A stretch of DNA of 64,000 nt from contig OX597815.1 in the NCBI GenBank assembly GCA_951406725.2, positions 175,708,001 through 175,772,000 of the forward strand, read 5' to 3'. The notes below the pieces were generated by a model, which was not told the DNA's origin, did not search any database, and saw only the letters and a program-made list of their open reading frames with translations. The translations under genes were made by a program, and so were the position numbers. The stretch is from Octopus vulgaris (taxonomy: Eukaryota). This document shows, one piece after another, positions 13,881 through 25,955 of this stretch; within the stretch, counting starts at the first letter, position 1; every line of letters begins with the position of its first letter.

Positions 13881-14044
13881 ATAGATGTTTACGATCTAGT
13901 TTGGATTCTTTGCCATCAAATTTGGATTCTTTGCCATCAAATTTGAATTCTTCGCAATCAAATTTGATTGCAAAGAATTCAAATTAGATGGCAAAAAATT
14001 CAAATTTGATGGCAAAGAATCCAAACTAGATCGAAAACATCTAT
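13881..14044. repeat. 164-bp spacerless imperfect palindrome built from 21-bp units
   Basis: atagatgttt...caaa|tttg...aaacatctat; unit tttggattctttgccatcaaa three times per arm. Confidence 0.95.
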
Positions 14045-14294
14045 ATTAAAAATAGAGCATATCTAGTATTTAATATTTTTATAGGTAAACATTTTACATC
14101 TATTCACTCGAGTTTCCCCCACAAAGTTCCAATTAAGTGGACATTCGTTACATACTCAACAGTTGCAGCTGCGTAAATTAACACTGGAAATATTAGTGTT
14201 GCAGCATTGGCTGTTGCTGCACTGGCGATGTTATCCCGTTGAGGGTTGAGAGTTTATAACTAATTATCAATTCTCCTGATGATACTACAATTAC

Positions 14295-14407
14295 CTGCGC
14301 TGGTAGCACACTATTACTACGTTCACAAGCCAAAGACAAGCGCTCGTAATGAACCCTACGCAAAATGTTATTATTGTTATCTGTACTAACTGTATTATCA
14401 TTCTGCT
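14295..14407 (-). other. Candidate transmembrane-encoding exon (113 nt)
   Basis: cacttacAG|SRMIIQLVQITIITFCVGFITSACLWLVNVVIVCYQR-cag|GTaatt; hydrophobic stretch followed by basic residues. Confidence 0.55.
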
Positions 14408-14469
14408 CTGTAAGTGAAGGGTACTTATCAAATGGTAAATAATTTTTGATTCAATCAGGTCCATATATG

Positions 14470-14527
<58 letters not shown>

Positions 14528-15485
14528 GCATATGTATGTGTATGTAAGATGTATGTATGTATATGTGTGTATGTGTGCGTGGCATATGTATGTGTATGTA
14601 CGCACGCGTCTATAAAATCCGCTATACATTATAGAAGCCATAATTGTGTTGTAATTGTATTATTATTCAACAAGTGAAGAGAGAACTCAACATCGATCGA
14701 AGTGATTGATTATTTATTCATTGAGTTAACACACGTTAGGAGTCGCTGCTATAGGTCCCTGTCTATCAAAATGAATATGGTGTCAGATTGACTCAGATAA
14801 ATCAACCAGGGTCTCATCAGACCGAACAAAATGGCAAAATATGGCTACCGAGAAAGAATATGAAAATGTATGAATATAATGTGAAGAAATTGATAGATAA
14901 GAGTCCATAATTCGGTGATAATAAAGATAGAATTAGCTCCTTTGTATAAATTGAGTAATAGTTTTAAAATATACGAAAATATATGGTCCAAGATTCACGC
15001 ACAAGCAGACAAAACATATTCACAATCGCAAACACGTCTTGGACAGCTGAACTTGGCGGCATAATTTTCCGTTAGCCAAGAGAATGTCTCTCTGGTAGTA
15101 GTGTAACGAATTTTCATTTGTATTTGAAATATTTGCATGTAAGTACTGATACATTAAGATACAGGCATCACTATTTTTTTCTGCCACGCAATGCCGTGTA
15201 TATAGTAAAGCGTTTTGTGACATATCTTATTATTTGTACAGTTTTTAATATTAATAATACATTAGGCTTCAACTACGACGATTCATCCATGTTGTTCTTA
15301 TTTCTCAAATTAACTTTTTACTTTTTACCAGAATGGTCGCTCTAAGTTTAACTATAGAGTTCTACATTTGATCTTCCGATCTTGTACTGAACACTGACAC
15401 GCATCGTCTCTGAAAGATGATGACAAGGTAGAATTCCTTCATTCTTATCCTTTCCTATTCACAGCAGGATTAGAAACTGTGGTAC

Positions 15486-15551
<66 letters not shown>

Positions 15552-15847
15552 TCATGTAATATGCTTATATATATTTTTCGTAAATATCTTTATTGAGGAT
15601 TTTAATCTGATGCTGTATGCACTTAAGAATACATTATGTGGCACTGTGGAGATGAATAGAGGTACTGAACCTACGTTTTCAACTCCTTCTGTATTTGTTG
15701 GTAAGAAAGCAGTGCAGCATTACATCCAAAGAGTCAACTGGTTTCCATCTGCATTCCTGCTGGAATAGGTCCATCTATGTTCCCATTTAACTTTATTTGT
15801 TACAAAACTAAGTTTTATAATTGTTTTCATAGTAAGAGAGATCTCAC

Positions 15848-15977
15848 CATCTAATTTCACATGCTGTCTATTTTCAGTTGTAGTTTTGTGTATGTTGGTA
15901 ACACTTGGAATGAATGACTGGCGTGTATAAGGAGGCTTACCCGCAGCATGAACATTTTATAGCGAAATGGGCATTAA
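15848..15977 (-). other. Candidate exon 2 (130 nt) with one in-frame TAA
   Basis: tttcttggcttatatAG|LMPISL*NVHAAGKPPYTRQSFIPSVTNIHKTTTENRQHVKLD-g|GTGAG. Confidence 0.4.
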
Positions 15978-16136
15978 CTATATAAGCCAAGAAACTTTAA
16001 GAAACGAAATTTGCACCGTAAGCGACGAGAGCAAAACATCATTTTAATGACTAATTTTTGTGAATGAAAATACAAAATACATCTCTAAGAAAATCAAGCA
16101 ATACAGAAACTAGAGAATCGAAATTCTTTGAATTAC

Positions 16137-16232
16137 TTTTGATGAAATATAGAGAGAACTGAATGAGTCCATTCTTAACAAAATGGTAACAATTGCGGTT
16201 ATAATTACAACAGTCTGGCCGTCCGCTATCAT
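16137..16232 (-). other. Candidate signal-peptide exon
   Basis: MIADGQTVVIITAIVTILLRMDSFSSLYISSK|GTaatt; phase 0 matches the next candidate exon. Confidence 0.35.
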
Positions 16233-16640
16233 TTTGTGTCGGCTGAAGTCGAGACCCCAGCTGTCCTCGGACCCTGCACTGTCGATTTCTTCCGCAGAAT
16301 CGGAGTAACTGCGGCCCACCCGAGAAATGAGTCCCACGAGGTGGAATGGCTGTTGCAGCGAGTGTCGCTGGTCATTCTCCGCGGCTACACCTTTGCATTT
16401 AAATCTGCGAAACGTGGCTAAACAATCCAGGGTTGTTCTCGGATGTTAACCCGCCACTCCTCCTCTCCATCTTCTGCTGCTTGATTCCACCCGCTTTCTT
16501 TTCTTTTCTTTTATTTCCTTGTTAAGGTAGATATAGCTTTTTTCTCAATAATTTGATCTTTTATAATTTTAATGTTTTGTTTTTTTTTCTTTCCTACCTG
16601 TAAAAATATGTTAATAAAATATCAAATAGCGAAAAAAAAA
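16230..16640 (+). mobile_element. 5'-truncated RLE-type LINE 3' end (CRE-like)
   Basis: FVSAEVETPAVLGP...WLLQRVSLVILRG resembles CRE-clade FVP.AVET.G..G...QR.S.AIQRGN; aataaa and A-tail at about 16614-16640. Confidence 0.75.
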
Positions 16641-18956
16641 TGGCAGCCATATTATAGACATTGCTTGTGCGCCATCAGAAACTGAAATCAAATTAGAAAA
16701 ATAATTGAAAGGGAAGTTGGACACGTTGACTTCCTTCGTCTGTTTGTCATTAATACTTTCTGATCATTTTCAACATTACAGTTCGAGTTTGAACTCATGA
16801 GGTTTCTCCTACATGCAAACAGCATCGGTATAAATGGTGAGCTGAAATAGTAGAGGATGCTTTCATACAATTATTTTCTTGACTCCCAAGTTCTCAGTTG
16901 AAATATCGCTGATGTTTATTTATTCAGCAATCTCTAATAAGCAGGTAAAATAAATAACAGGTGAGTATGAGATCCAATTCAATCCTTACTTATTTCTAAT
17001 ATTTTTTTTTCAGGGACCGAAACGCGCAGATAATCATGTCGAAGCATTGCAAATATTGGTGTTAATCGCTGCTACATACAAAACCGATTCTCTTTTTCTG
17101 CCATTAAAGGGAATAATAGTCGTGACAAAGTTAAGTTTGATTTAAGCCAAAAGTTCAAACGTATTCTTGGCTAAAGGCTTTATATCTACAATGTATAATT
17201 TCAACTTTGAAGAAAGCAACATGCATTTTTCTTTCGAAGACGAGATTAAGACCTAGCTTTGCCATTATGACATACATGTGAGTATAGAAGACAAAAAGTG
17301 GAGCTGCTGCTTGGGCATGGAAGATAAAAGAATAAGAAAAAAGAACAAAATAAATAAAATTGAACAAAGAAAACGAAGACGATGCACATTCACTCTCACA
17401 TGAGGTTGTTTTTGTTATATGGATTGGGGAAAACGGTTAAACAAACCGCTGTCAAGCAATAAACAGATTATATAATTAAGCTATAATAAAAAGTATTGAT
17501 TTTTTTAAAACTACAAAATCAATAAACTACAATTTAAGTAAATTATTTCAGAAGAAATTGTTGTTAAAAGCAATTCTAGGCTGTAGTTGGTAGCTATGAG
17601 CTAAAAGTACATAGAGGAGGTATGTATTAAGTGCATTGGCTTTTCGGATATTTTGTAAGCTACATATATAAGCTTTTTTTGTTTGTGTGAGTAATATGCA
17701 ATAATTTTGCAATTTGATTGTCAATATAATTAAAATTTTAATAAAATACTTCCAAACACACTTTAAAACTGAAAAAAAAAATTAATGATGTCATATCCGA
17801 ATATTTTTGTGGTGAGTTGTAATTAATGGTATTGAACGATGTGCAACTTTTAAAAAAAGAACTTGCATTTTCAATTATTCATTTTAAAATTAAAATTCAC
17901 ATAAAAATATGGCAGAGATATTTTACATAAAATATTGACTTTTATTTTCGTATACAAAAACGATATATGTGAACTTAATATTATTACAAAAAAATCTTTA
18001 ATCAACCTGCTACAAATGAAGCTAATCAGAAGAAAAGATCAGATGAAGATAAAAATGGAAAACTGAAGGCACTCTCGACACATTGCGATAATCACTTTGG
18101 ATTGGATAATACAAGCAGCTTAGCTGGAAATATAATCAATTTTAATAAGTCATTATGTTATCGTTAATAATAATTGTGGAATAATAAAAATATAAAAACA
18201 AAATCACCAAAGAAATGTAACTCAAATAAGCTAATTGGATGAATCGACATAAGTCAAGAAATGATGCACTGAATTAATTGAAAATTCCTTTTCAGTTGGA
18301 GAAATAAAAGAGAAACCTAGCGGCAATGATCAAAACTCTCAAAGATAAGGGGAGATAATTGGAAGAAATTCCGAAGTAATTTCACACAACTAATTAGTAG
18401 ACGGGAAGAAATATGACCTTTGCATGCTAAGGGTAGCTATTGGCATATTTCCGACTATTTGGTCCTCCTCAATATAGCACAATATATTCACGCTTGTTTC
18501 AATCAGATGAAAGAAGACTTTTACTTAGACAAACTCTACACTAGTAATATTCTGCATAATTATAAAACGAAACTCAACTAATCTGAATAATTAAAATGAA
18601 CTGACAGCATAAATTTCAATAAACTTTCCGCAATGCACTGAATGATCTAAGCAAAACATTCTCCTTTTAACGAAATGTCCGCCTTGGTTTGAACATGAAA
18701 GCATGGAGCGGACATTATTATCGGCAATTGAAGAAAATTGAAATATTTAGGAACAATAAGGAATTAAGACTTCAGTAGATTATGTTATGCTAATGAAATC
18801 TAATAAAACGGAAAATATTCGTAGCTGTTTGTCTGCAAATAAAGGGACATCGAATTTTTTTTAACACATCAATAAACGATGTGAAATTATTTTCAGTTTT
18901 TTGAATTTACTTCTCCTGTACTTTCGAAGTCACTAACAATTAACAAGAATTTATCG

Positions 18957-19610
18957 TTAACGACTTTCAATATTTTGTGAATGTTTTGAATATACCGCAT
19001 ACTTTGTCTTTGGTAATTCAAGCCATTCCCCAACTGGAATTGTCTCCCAAGGCTCTTTTAAAATATTTCTTTCGTCATGGGAATTGGACTTAGAATCGTT
19101 TTTGCTGTTCATAAAATGCAGGAGTTCATTGTACAAACCCACATTGAGAATGGCGTCAATATTTTCCAAAAAAGGTGGCGAGCTGGCAGAATCGTTAGTA
19201 CGCCGGGCGAAATGCTTAGCTGAGGTGTATTTCGTCTGCCGTTACGTTCTCAGTTCAAATTCCACCGAAGTCGACTTTGCCTTTCATCCTTTCGGGGTCG
19301 ATAAATTAAGTACCGGTTGCGTACTGGGGTCGACCTAATCGACTGCACCTCCAACCCAAAATTTCGGGCCTGGTGCCTAGAGAAGAAAAGAATATTTACC
19401 AAAATTTTAGATAGACTAACAGATTTGAAATTATCTTCCATGATTGATGTTTATCGAAGCCGTGGGATGCTACTCTTGTGATTTTTTCCGTAGCCACCTT
19501 TACGATATTCTAAATCCTTGTTACTACTTTGCTTTGGAACAGCCAAGGCTGAGTTTATAATATCTGCAATGGCGACACAGAAGTAGGGACTTAAAATTTG
19601 GTCTTGCACA
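18957..19610 (-). pseudogene. Unidentified decayed coding sequence split by a SINE
   Basis: Removing the SINE and one TSD joins MEDNFKSVSLSKIL to ENIDAILNVGLYNELL...; upstream frame open apart from one stop. Confidence 0.35.
19172..19390 (+). mobile_element. Full-length group M SINE with 14-bp TSD
   Basis: TSD aatattt(t/a)ccaaaa at 19158-19171 and 19391-19404; A and B boxes present. Confidence 0.92.
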
Positions 19611-19990
19611 AATTATATCTTACATGTAATTTTATAATGATTCATTAGCTGTTTGTGATACGATATTCCAGCGAAGCCATTAAGTGCAAAATCGATTTAT
19701 TTTATCTTCATGTTGTTTCAATATGAATGTCATTATGAGTGAGATAATTCAAGGCTAAAATTAAAGCGGCATTATCCTTATATGTAATTATTGCTTGTGT
19801 CAATAATTACATGTATAAGGTTATATTTATATATCGGAAGCCGTTAGGTATGCATTTAAATATTTCAGCAGATTACTCGTCATACCTTTCTTGCAGCTGA
19901 CAGGAGAGAATGCATAAGGACTTAAGTTTTGTGTAGTCAAATATGAATATATATATATGTGTGTGTGTGTATTTATACATTTATATATGT

Positions 19991-20023
<33 letters not shown>

Positions 20024-20035
20024 CATACATACATA

Positions 20036-20179
20036 GGCGTAGGAGTGGCCGTGTGGTAAGTAGCTTGCTTACGAACCACATGTTTCCGGGTTCAGTGGCA
20101 CCTTTGGCAAGTGTCTTCTACTTGGGCCGACCAAAACCATGTGAGTGGATTTGGTAGATGGAAGCTGAAAGAAGCCTGT

Positions 20180-20234
<55 letters not shown>

Positions 20235-20862
20235 TAGCAGTATCGCCCGGCGTTGCTCGGGTTTGTAAGGGAAATAACTATAAAGCATTTTTAGAGAGTT
20301 ATAGCCAAAAAATAGCAAAAAATGCATTAAAAATGAAAAAAAAATTATGGTAAATTGTTTTTTAAAATCGTTGACTCATCGTAGACATTTTTAGAGAGTT
20401 ACTTCCCTTATATTAAAAAAAATGATGGTAAATTATTTTTAAAATCGTAGACTCATCGTAGACGCGCGCTAATACCCAGAAGGGCTGGATATGAATCACG
20501 ACTATAAGATATAAGATATATATATTGGTTAAACTGCACCGCAAAATGTGGGAGTAGTTAGGAATCTAAATCGGAGTAGACAGACACACAACCTTTCTTT
20601 TATATATAAAGATATATATATATATATGTGTATGTGTGTGTGTGTGTGTGTGTATATGTTTGTGTGTCTGTGTTTGTTCCCCCCAACATCGCTTGACAAC
20701 CAATGCTGGTGTGTTTACGTCCCCGTAACTTAGTGGTTCGGCAAAAGAGACCGATAGAATAAGTACTAGGCTTACAAAGGGTCAATTTGCTCGACTAAAA
20801 AGGTGGTGCTCCAGCATGGCCACAGTCAAATGACTGAAACAAGTAAAAGAGTATAAAAGAGT
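20036..20862 (+). mobile_element. Group C SINE interrupted by a Helitron
   Basis: Both halves match 41698-42110. Confidence 0.9.
20234..20612 (-). mobile_element. Non-autonomous Helitron
   Basis: Minus strand A|TCtttatatataaaag ... cccgagcaacgccggg hairpin ... CTAG|T; inserted in a (TA)n tract without TSD. Confidence 0.92.
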
Positions 20863-20905
20863 ATACATACATACATATACATATATATATTAATAATATT
20901 AAATT

Positions 20906-21417
20906 CAAGGGATATTTGTTTGTACCTGAAATATCTCAGAAATGATAAATTTTATCTGAATTTTTTTTTTGGATATTTATTTTCATACTTACCTTCGGCA
21001 GTGCAATGCAAATTTTTGTGATATTTGGACGTCTATTTGTTAAAGAAAACGATTAAACACAATTTTTGTTTGTTATTTCTCTAGGAAAAAAACAAACATA
21101 ATTTCCGTGACGTCAACACTCATACGGAATACACAGACATATAATGACTGTCATGGCGTGTCAATCAACACAAGCACATCTTCGATATCTGAGACATATA
21201 CACACACATAATCTTCGCGCTCTCTAAGAAAAAAAAAACGCCGACTTTTGACGTACACAATATTTTAATCATTTAAAAATATTTTAAACTGAATATGATT
21301 TCAAAAATTTAATTTGTTTGTACAGTAAGTATTTATATTTTAGCTTTCCTTAAACAGACAATATTTTTATGTTTTTTTAAAAAAATGATTTTCAAGTTAA
21401 TGGCGATCTTCCCCTTG
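20906..21417. mobile_element. Possible non-autonomous DNA transposon (Kolobok-like ends)
   Basis: caaggg...cccttg short inverted termini; no clean TTAA TSD. Confidence 0.3.
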
Positions 21418-21441
21418 GACCCTCAGTACAGTTATCTGGAA

Positions 21442-21768
21442 TTCGTTGATTTCCATAAAATTTATTTATTTATTTACTTTTGTTTAACGTGAAAGAGAGG
21501 AGGAAGTGAAAGTTGTATGTACGTGTATATGAAATGGATTTGTGTGTGTGTGAAGAGAGAGAGAGAGAGAGAGAAAACGAAAAAGAGAAAGAGTGAGTGA
21601 AGGGGTGTGTTATCATGTATACGTACATACATCAAATACATATGCGTACATCTTTTTTGTATGTACGTGTGCATGTGTGTATGTGAAAGAGAGAGTGGGA
21701 GACAGAGAAAGAGAGAGAGAGAGAGAGAGTATGAGTGAGTGGACGTGCGTGTTCTCATGTATGTGTAA

Positions 21769-21805
<37 letters not shown>

Positions 21806-21906
21806 GTCCATTCCATATACGCGTTCATCCATCTTCCACTTTCTCTTCTCTTTCACTTTAAAACAAAAGTAAATAAATAAAAGAACTTTTTACGGAAATT
21901 AACGAA
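21442..21906. mobile_element. MITE-like fold-back with about 130-bp imperfect inverted arms
   Basis: ttcgttgatttccataaaa...tttacttttgttt...(GA)n pairs with (TC)n...aaacaaaagtaaa...ttttacggaaattaacgaa. Confidence 0.8.
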
Positions 21907-22317
21907 CAAAACAAGTTGAACCGAATGACAGTTCTGAGAGTCAAAGCGAAAAATCGCTCCAAGGGAAATACCATTACAATATTTTTTCGAGTGCATTCAG
22001 CGTACCTCAGCCCCAAATATTTGGCTGCTATTTCTAGCACGCATTGCTACCACGTAACAGCTATTTACGGTAAAGGACCAGAAATAACTGTTACGTGGTA
22101 GCAGGGCGTGCAAGAAATAACAGCCAAATCCTTCCATTTCCGGGGAAAGAAGCTGTTTACGCGTGATTTCGATGTCACATTCGTTGAAAGCATGCGAAAT
22201 AAAAAGAAAAAACCCACGAAACAAAACTCCGTTGCTGGGAAACTCAGACTTTCCCAATGACTTAACTGGTAACGGGTAGTCTAGTATACACGCGCACACA
22301 TATATATATGTATATAT

Positions 22318-23486
22318 TGTTACGAAACGGACTGGAATCGCCCGTCGTCGCTCGTCCCGAACGGCTCGCACACTCACTAGTTCCGCCACGGAACCCAAAG
22401 AGGCGGAGAGAGGAGATACAGATAGATACTGCCACAACCTCAACAGCACAGAGATACAGAGGCACAACCCGAGATACAACCCAAAGAGGCAAGGCAACAA
22501 CTGGCAACACTGGCTTATATTCAAACAACAGTTTATACGGCAATTACAATGTTACAACATCAAGATACATCAAAGCATGCACGTGACTACTCAATACATA
22601 ATACAACATCATGTAACAATATATCAGTCCGGAGACGCAACAAGTCGTATACAGTATTTCAAAGGTACACGTCCGAAGACACAGTTCTCTAAAGTCTCTT
22701 TTTCTAAACATCACAAATAACAAGTCCTTTACTCTTCTTCTTCACAATGTCCTTTATCGACCACATCGACAGAGTCCTTGACTGTTCAATACACAAATCA
22801 CATACCTCAGTTCCTAATTGAATCTGCCATTGTCCCATTCCTCTCAATACTGCTAATTCCTCTGAATACTGCTAATTCCTCTGAATACTGCTAATTCCCT
22901 TCTGTGCCGCCAAGCTTTCTCGCATCCAACTTGCTCCTAAGAATTCCAACGCTTGTTCCTTAAATCCAAGGTTCCATCCACTCGCTCTGACCTCCAGAGT
23001 CCGTCCGTGTTCCTCGACGACCGCTCAACGACTGCCCAGAACCTCACTTCCTTGTCCTGACTTCCACTCCCTCATCTCCCTCTGTCTATATCGCTCCTAC
23101 CCTTTCTAACTGCTCTCTGATTCCTTACTCTATCTATATCGCCTCAATCCCTTAGCCTCTCTATCTGTCCCTTACTGCTTATCCTTTCTATTTGCCCTCT
23201 GCTCTTACTCTATCGCTATCGCCTGCCAGACTCTTAGCCTCTCCATCCGTCCCTTACTGCTTATACTCTATCTCTATTTGCTCTCAGCCCTTAATCTGTC
23301 CCTTTTCTTTCACATTCTCCTGACCCTCTTCTCAACCGCACGAGGTCACAGGTCATTCCAAAACCCATTAGTCCTCCATTAGACAAAAGACTGTCACATT
23401 TTCACCAGACATACTGGAACCATATCCACGATGTGGGTCACCAGAAACACTACACTAGTTAAACCCGAAATGCACTTAGTATAACA
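22318..23486. mobile_element. Solo LTR (Gypsy-type), 1169 bp
   Basis: TGTTA...TAACA termini with ATAT on both sides; internal 19-bp unit x3 (about 22846-22898) and pyrimidine-rich repeats; no internal ORFs. Confidence 0.8.
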
Positions 23487-23499
23487 ATATATATATACA

Positions 23500-23539
<40 letters not shown>

Positions 23540-23967
23540 CCTCTATCTATCTATGTATATACATACACACACACGCACAAATACACACACACACATATAT
23601 ATATATATATGTAGGCTTAAGTTTTTGTTATTATAACTTAATAAATTCCATAATCTTTACAGGTATTTCCTCAGCGAAGAGCCGTGTTTGTTATGCATTA
23701 ATCGTTACAACATGTATAACATTGAAACACCATAACCTCAACTGGGCAAAGTTGACGAATTTTACTTCGACAACTACAGTTTTTACTCCTGAGAGTAAAT
23801 TGAATCATGGCTTTATGGTTGAGTAAATAGTAAGAGCAACGACTTACGTCTATAAAATTGATTACTTGAACAATATCTAAAAGTGAAAAATTGCAATGTC
23901 TGACCCGGCAGAACCGAGTGGAAAAAATATTAGCAACAACAATAAAACAACATAAAATATCAAAATA

Positions 23968-24189
23968 CCTATTTCTTTACTACCCACAAGGGGCTAAAAA
24001 CAGAGGGGACAAACAAAGGAATTAAGTCGATTAGATCGACACTAGTGCGTAACTGGTACTTAATTTATCGACCTCGAAAGGATGAAAGGCAAAGTCGACC
24101 TCGGCGGAATTTGAACTCGGAACGTAACGACAGACGAAATACGGCTACACATTTCGCCCGGCGTGCTAACGTTTCTGCCAGCTCGCCGC
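23968..24189 (-). mobile_element. Full-length group M SINE with 17-bp TSD
   Basis: TSD cata(a/g)aatatcaaaata at 23951-23967 and 24190-24206. Confidence 0.92.
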
Positions 24190-24539
24190 CATAGAATATC
24201 AAAATATAATCATGAGAAATGTAAATCACAGAGAGAAAAATATTCTTTGTTCTTTGACCATTGTGGGTGAAAACATTGGAACATGTTCGATATTTGAATG
24301 TGAGAAGTTCGCATTCAATAGACTACATTAATTTGGGGAAGTAGCGATTTTGTGCAGCATGCCAGTTTTAAGACAAGGCCATCATCTACCGTTGAAAAGG
24401 GCAATTCATATTTTTAATATACACTCTTTTGTGTTGTATGGTTTTAATATATACACCCGTTGGTTTTATGTGCCACTCACACTTCACCGATTGTCAGAAA
24501 ATATTGACGATCGCCGCTTGCAATATGATGCGTTTTAGG

Positions 24540-24680
24540 TATAAATCGCTGCGTTGAAGGGATAACTTGAATGTCTAATGGTTCTTTATTTATTCTGAGT
24601 TTAGGAATAGTGTTTGTTTTCGTAATGCTGGATATTAGTCTATGAAATCTAATGACTAGATTTGAAGTGAGTTGCATAAT
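24540..24680 (-). mobile_element. Possible PLE endonuclease C-terminal remnant
   Basis: KLRINKEPLDIQVIPSTQ resembles KL.IKEAL.I....P.LN.Q. Confidence 0.35.
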
Positions 24681-24847
24681 TGCTTCTGAGACAAAAAAAA
24701 AAAATGCAATATCAATATTAATAGTAAACAGGAAACAGAATGACCTAGAATTGTTTACGACTAAACACTAAACATGGCATAAAAGTCACAATCACCTGTT
24801 CTTCCCGCTTCAAACAATAAGGATTTCATGTATTTGAGTATTTGCTT

Positions 24848-24925
24848 CTATCTGTCTACCTACCTACCTATCTATCTATCTATATCTACCTATCTACCTA
24901 CCTACCTACCTACTTACCTACCTAC

Positions 24926-25015
<90 letters not shown>

Positions 25016-25028
25016 GTCTATCTATCTA
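24848..25028. repeat. Compound (TACC)n/(TCTA)n microsatellite
   Basis: Directly visible. Confidence 0.97.
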
Positions 25029-25769
25029 ACGAAACAGTAGAAATTTAATACGTAAAACCCGTTTTGGAAGGAGGATCCATAAATTAAAAATACGTATGAG
25101 GACATTGAAAATAGAACAAAAAAAGACACTGTATCAACATCTTTGAAGCAGAAAGGGATTTAGAAAATTTTGTAAAAGGAAAATAGAAATATTAAATAAA
25201 TTTCTTACGAAAACAGCAAAGGAACGACGTTGGAAGAGAAAATTTAAATAGAAAAATCCTGTTTGCAAAAAAAAAAAAAAAAATGTTCTCTGTTATTGAC
25301 GATGAAGGGGAGAAAATACGAAAAACAAATAGAAATAATGAAAATTACCCCGAAAGTTTGTTGGGATTTGGATGGGAATATTTACAAGGGTTTTAAACCG
25401 ATTTGCTTAGAAAAGATCAGAAATTGTAAAACCAAAAAATGCAAGATAAAAACGAAATAATCTTAAGGAATTATCTAAATTATGGGAGCGATTATGATTG
25501 GCTGCAGTAGAATATTGAAGAGAAGACAATTGAATCTAAAATAAATGTTGAAATATTTGTAGACGGAATCCTGGGTAATCAAGGAAATAATTACTGTCAG
25601 AAAAACCGAAACATAATATTGCGAGAGAAGGGATGTATGTGGAACTTGGAGAGCTTGGAAATGATATAAGACAGAAGCAGCAGCAGCAGGAAATTGGGAT
25701 TATAATACGAGCAAAGAAGAAGGAAATTTCGTTTTAATGTTATATTTTACGACAGATGTGGTGGTGGTG

Positions 25770-25820
<51 letters not shown>

Positions 25821-25821
25821 G

Positions 25822-25955
25822 AAGGCGGCGTGCTGGCAGAATCGTTAGCACACCGAGCAAAATGCTTAGCGCTATTTCGCATGTCGCTAGGTTCTGAGTT
25901 CAAATTCCGCCGAGGTCGACTTTGCCTTTCATCCTTTCAGGGTCGCTAAATTAAG
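25822..25955 (+). mobile_element. Group M SINE, 3'-truncated, directly after an (ATT)n tract
   Basis: aggcggcgtgctggcagaatcg...cctttcatcctttcagggtcg. Confidence 0.88.

Larger units (their letters stand above)
13016..16232 (-). pseudogene. Candidate multi-exon (pseudo)gene for a single-pass membrane protein
   Basis: Chain of canonical minus-strand splice sites; signal-peptide-like, Thr-rich, TM and YxxF-tail segments; in-frame stops in two segments. Confidence 0.5.

Noticed and set aside
13900-14030. 21-bp repeated units as a possible CRISPR-like array
   Set aside because: No spacers, palindromic arrangement, eukaryotic context and no cas genes
21997-22586. 175-aa and overlapping ORFs
   Set aside because: They cross the LTR boundary and a microsatellite, with no recognisable domain
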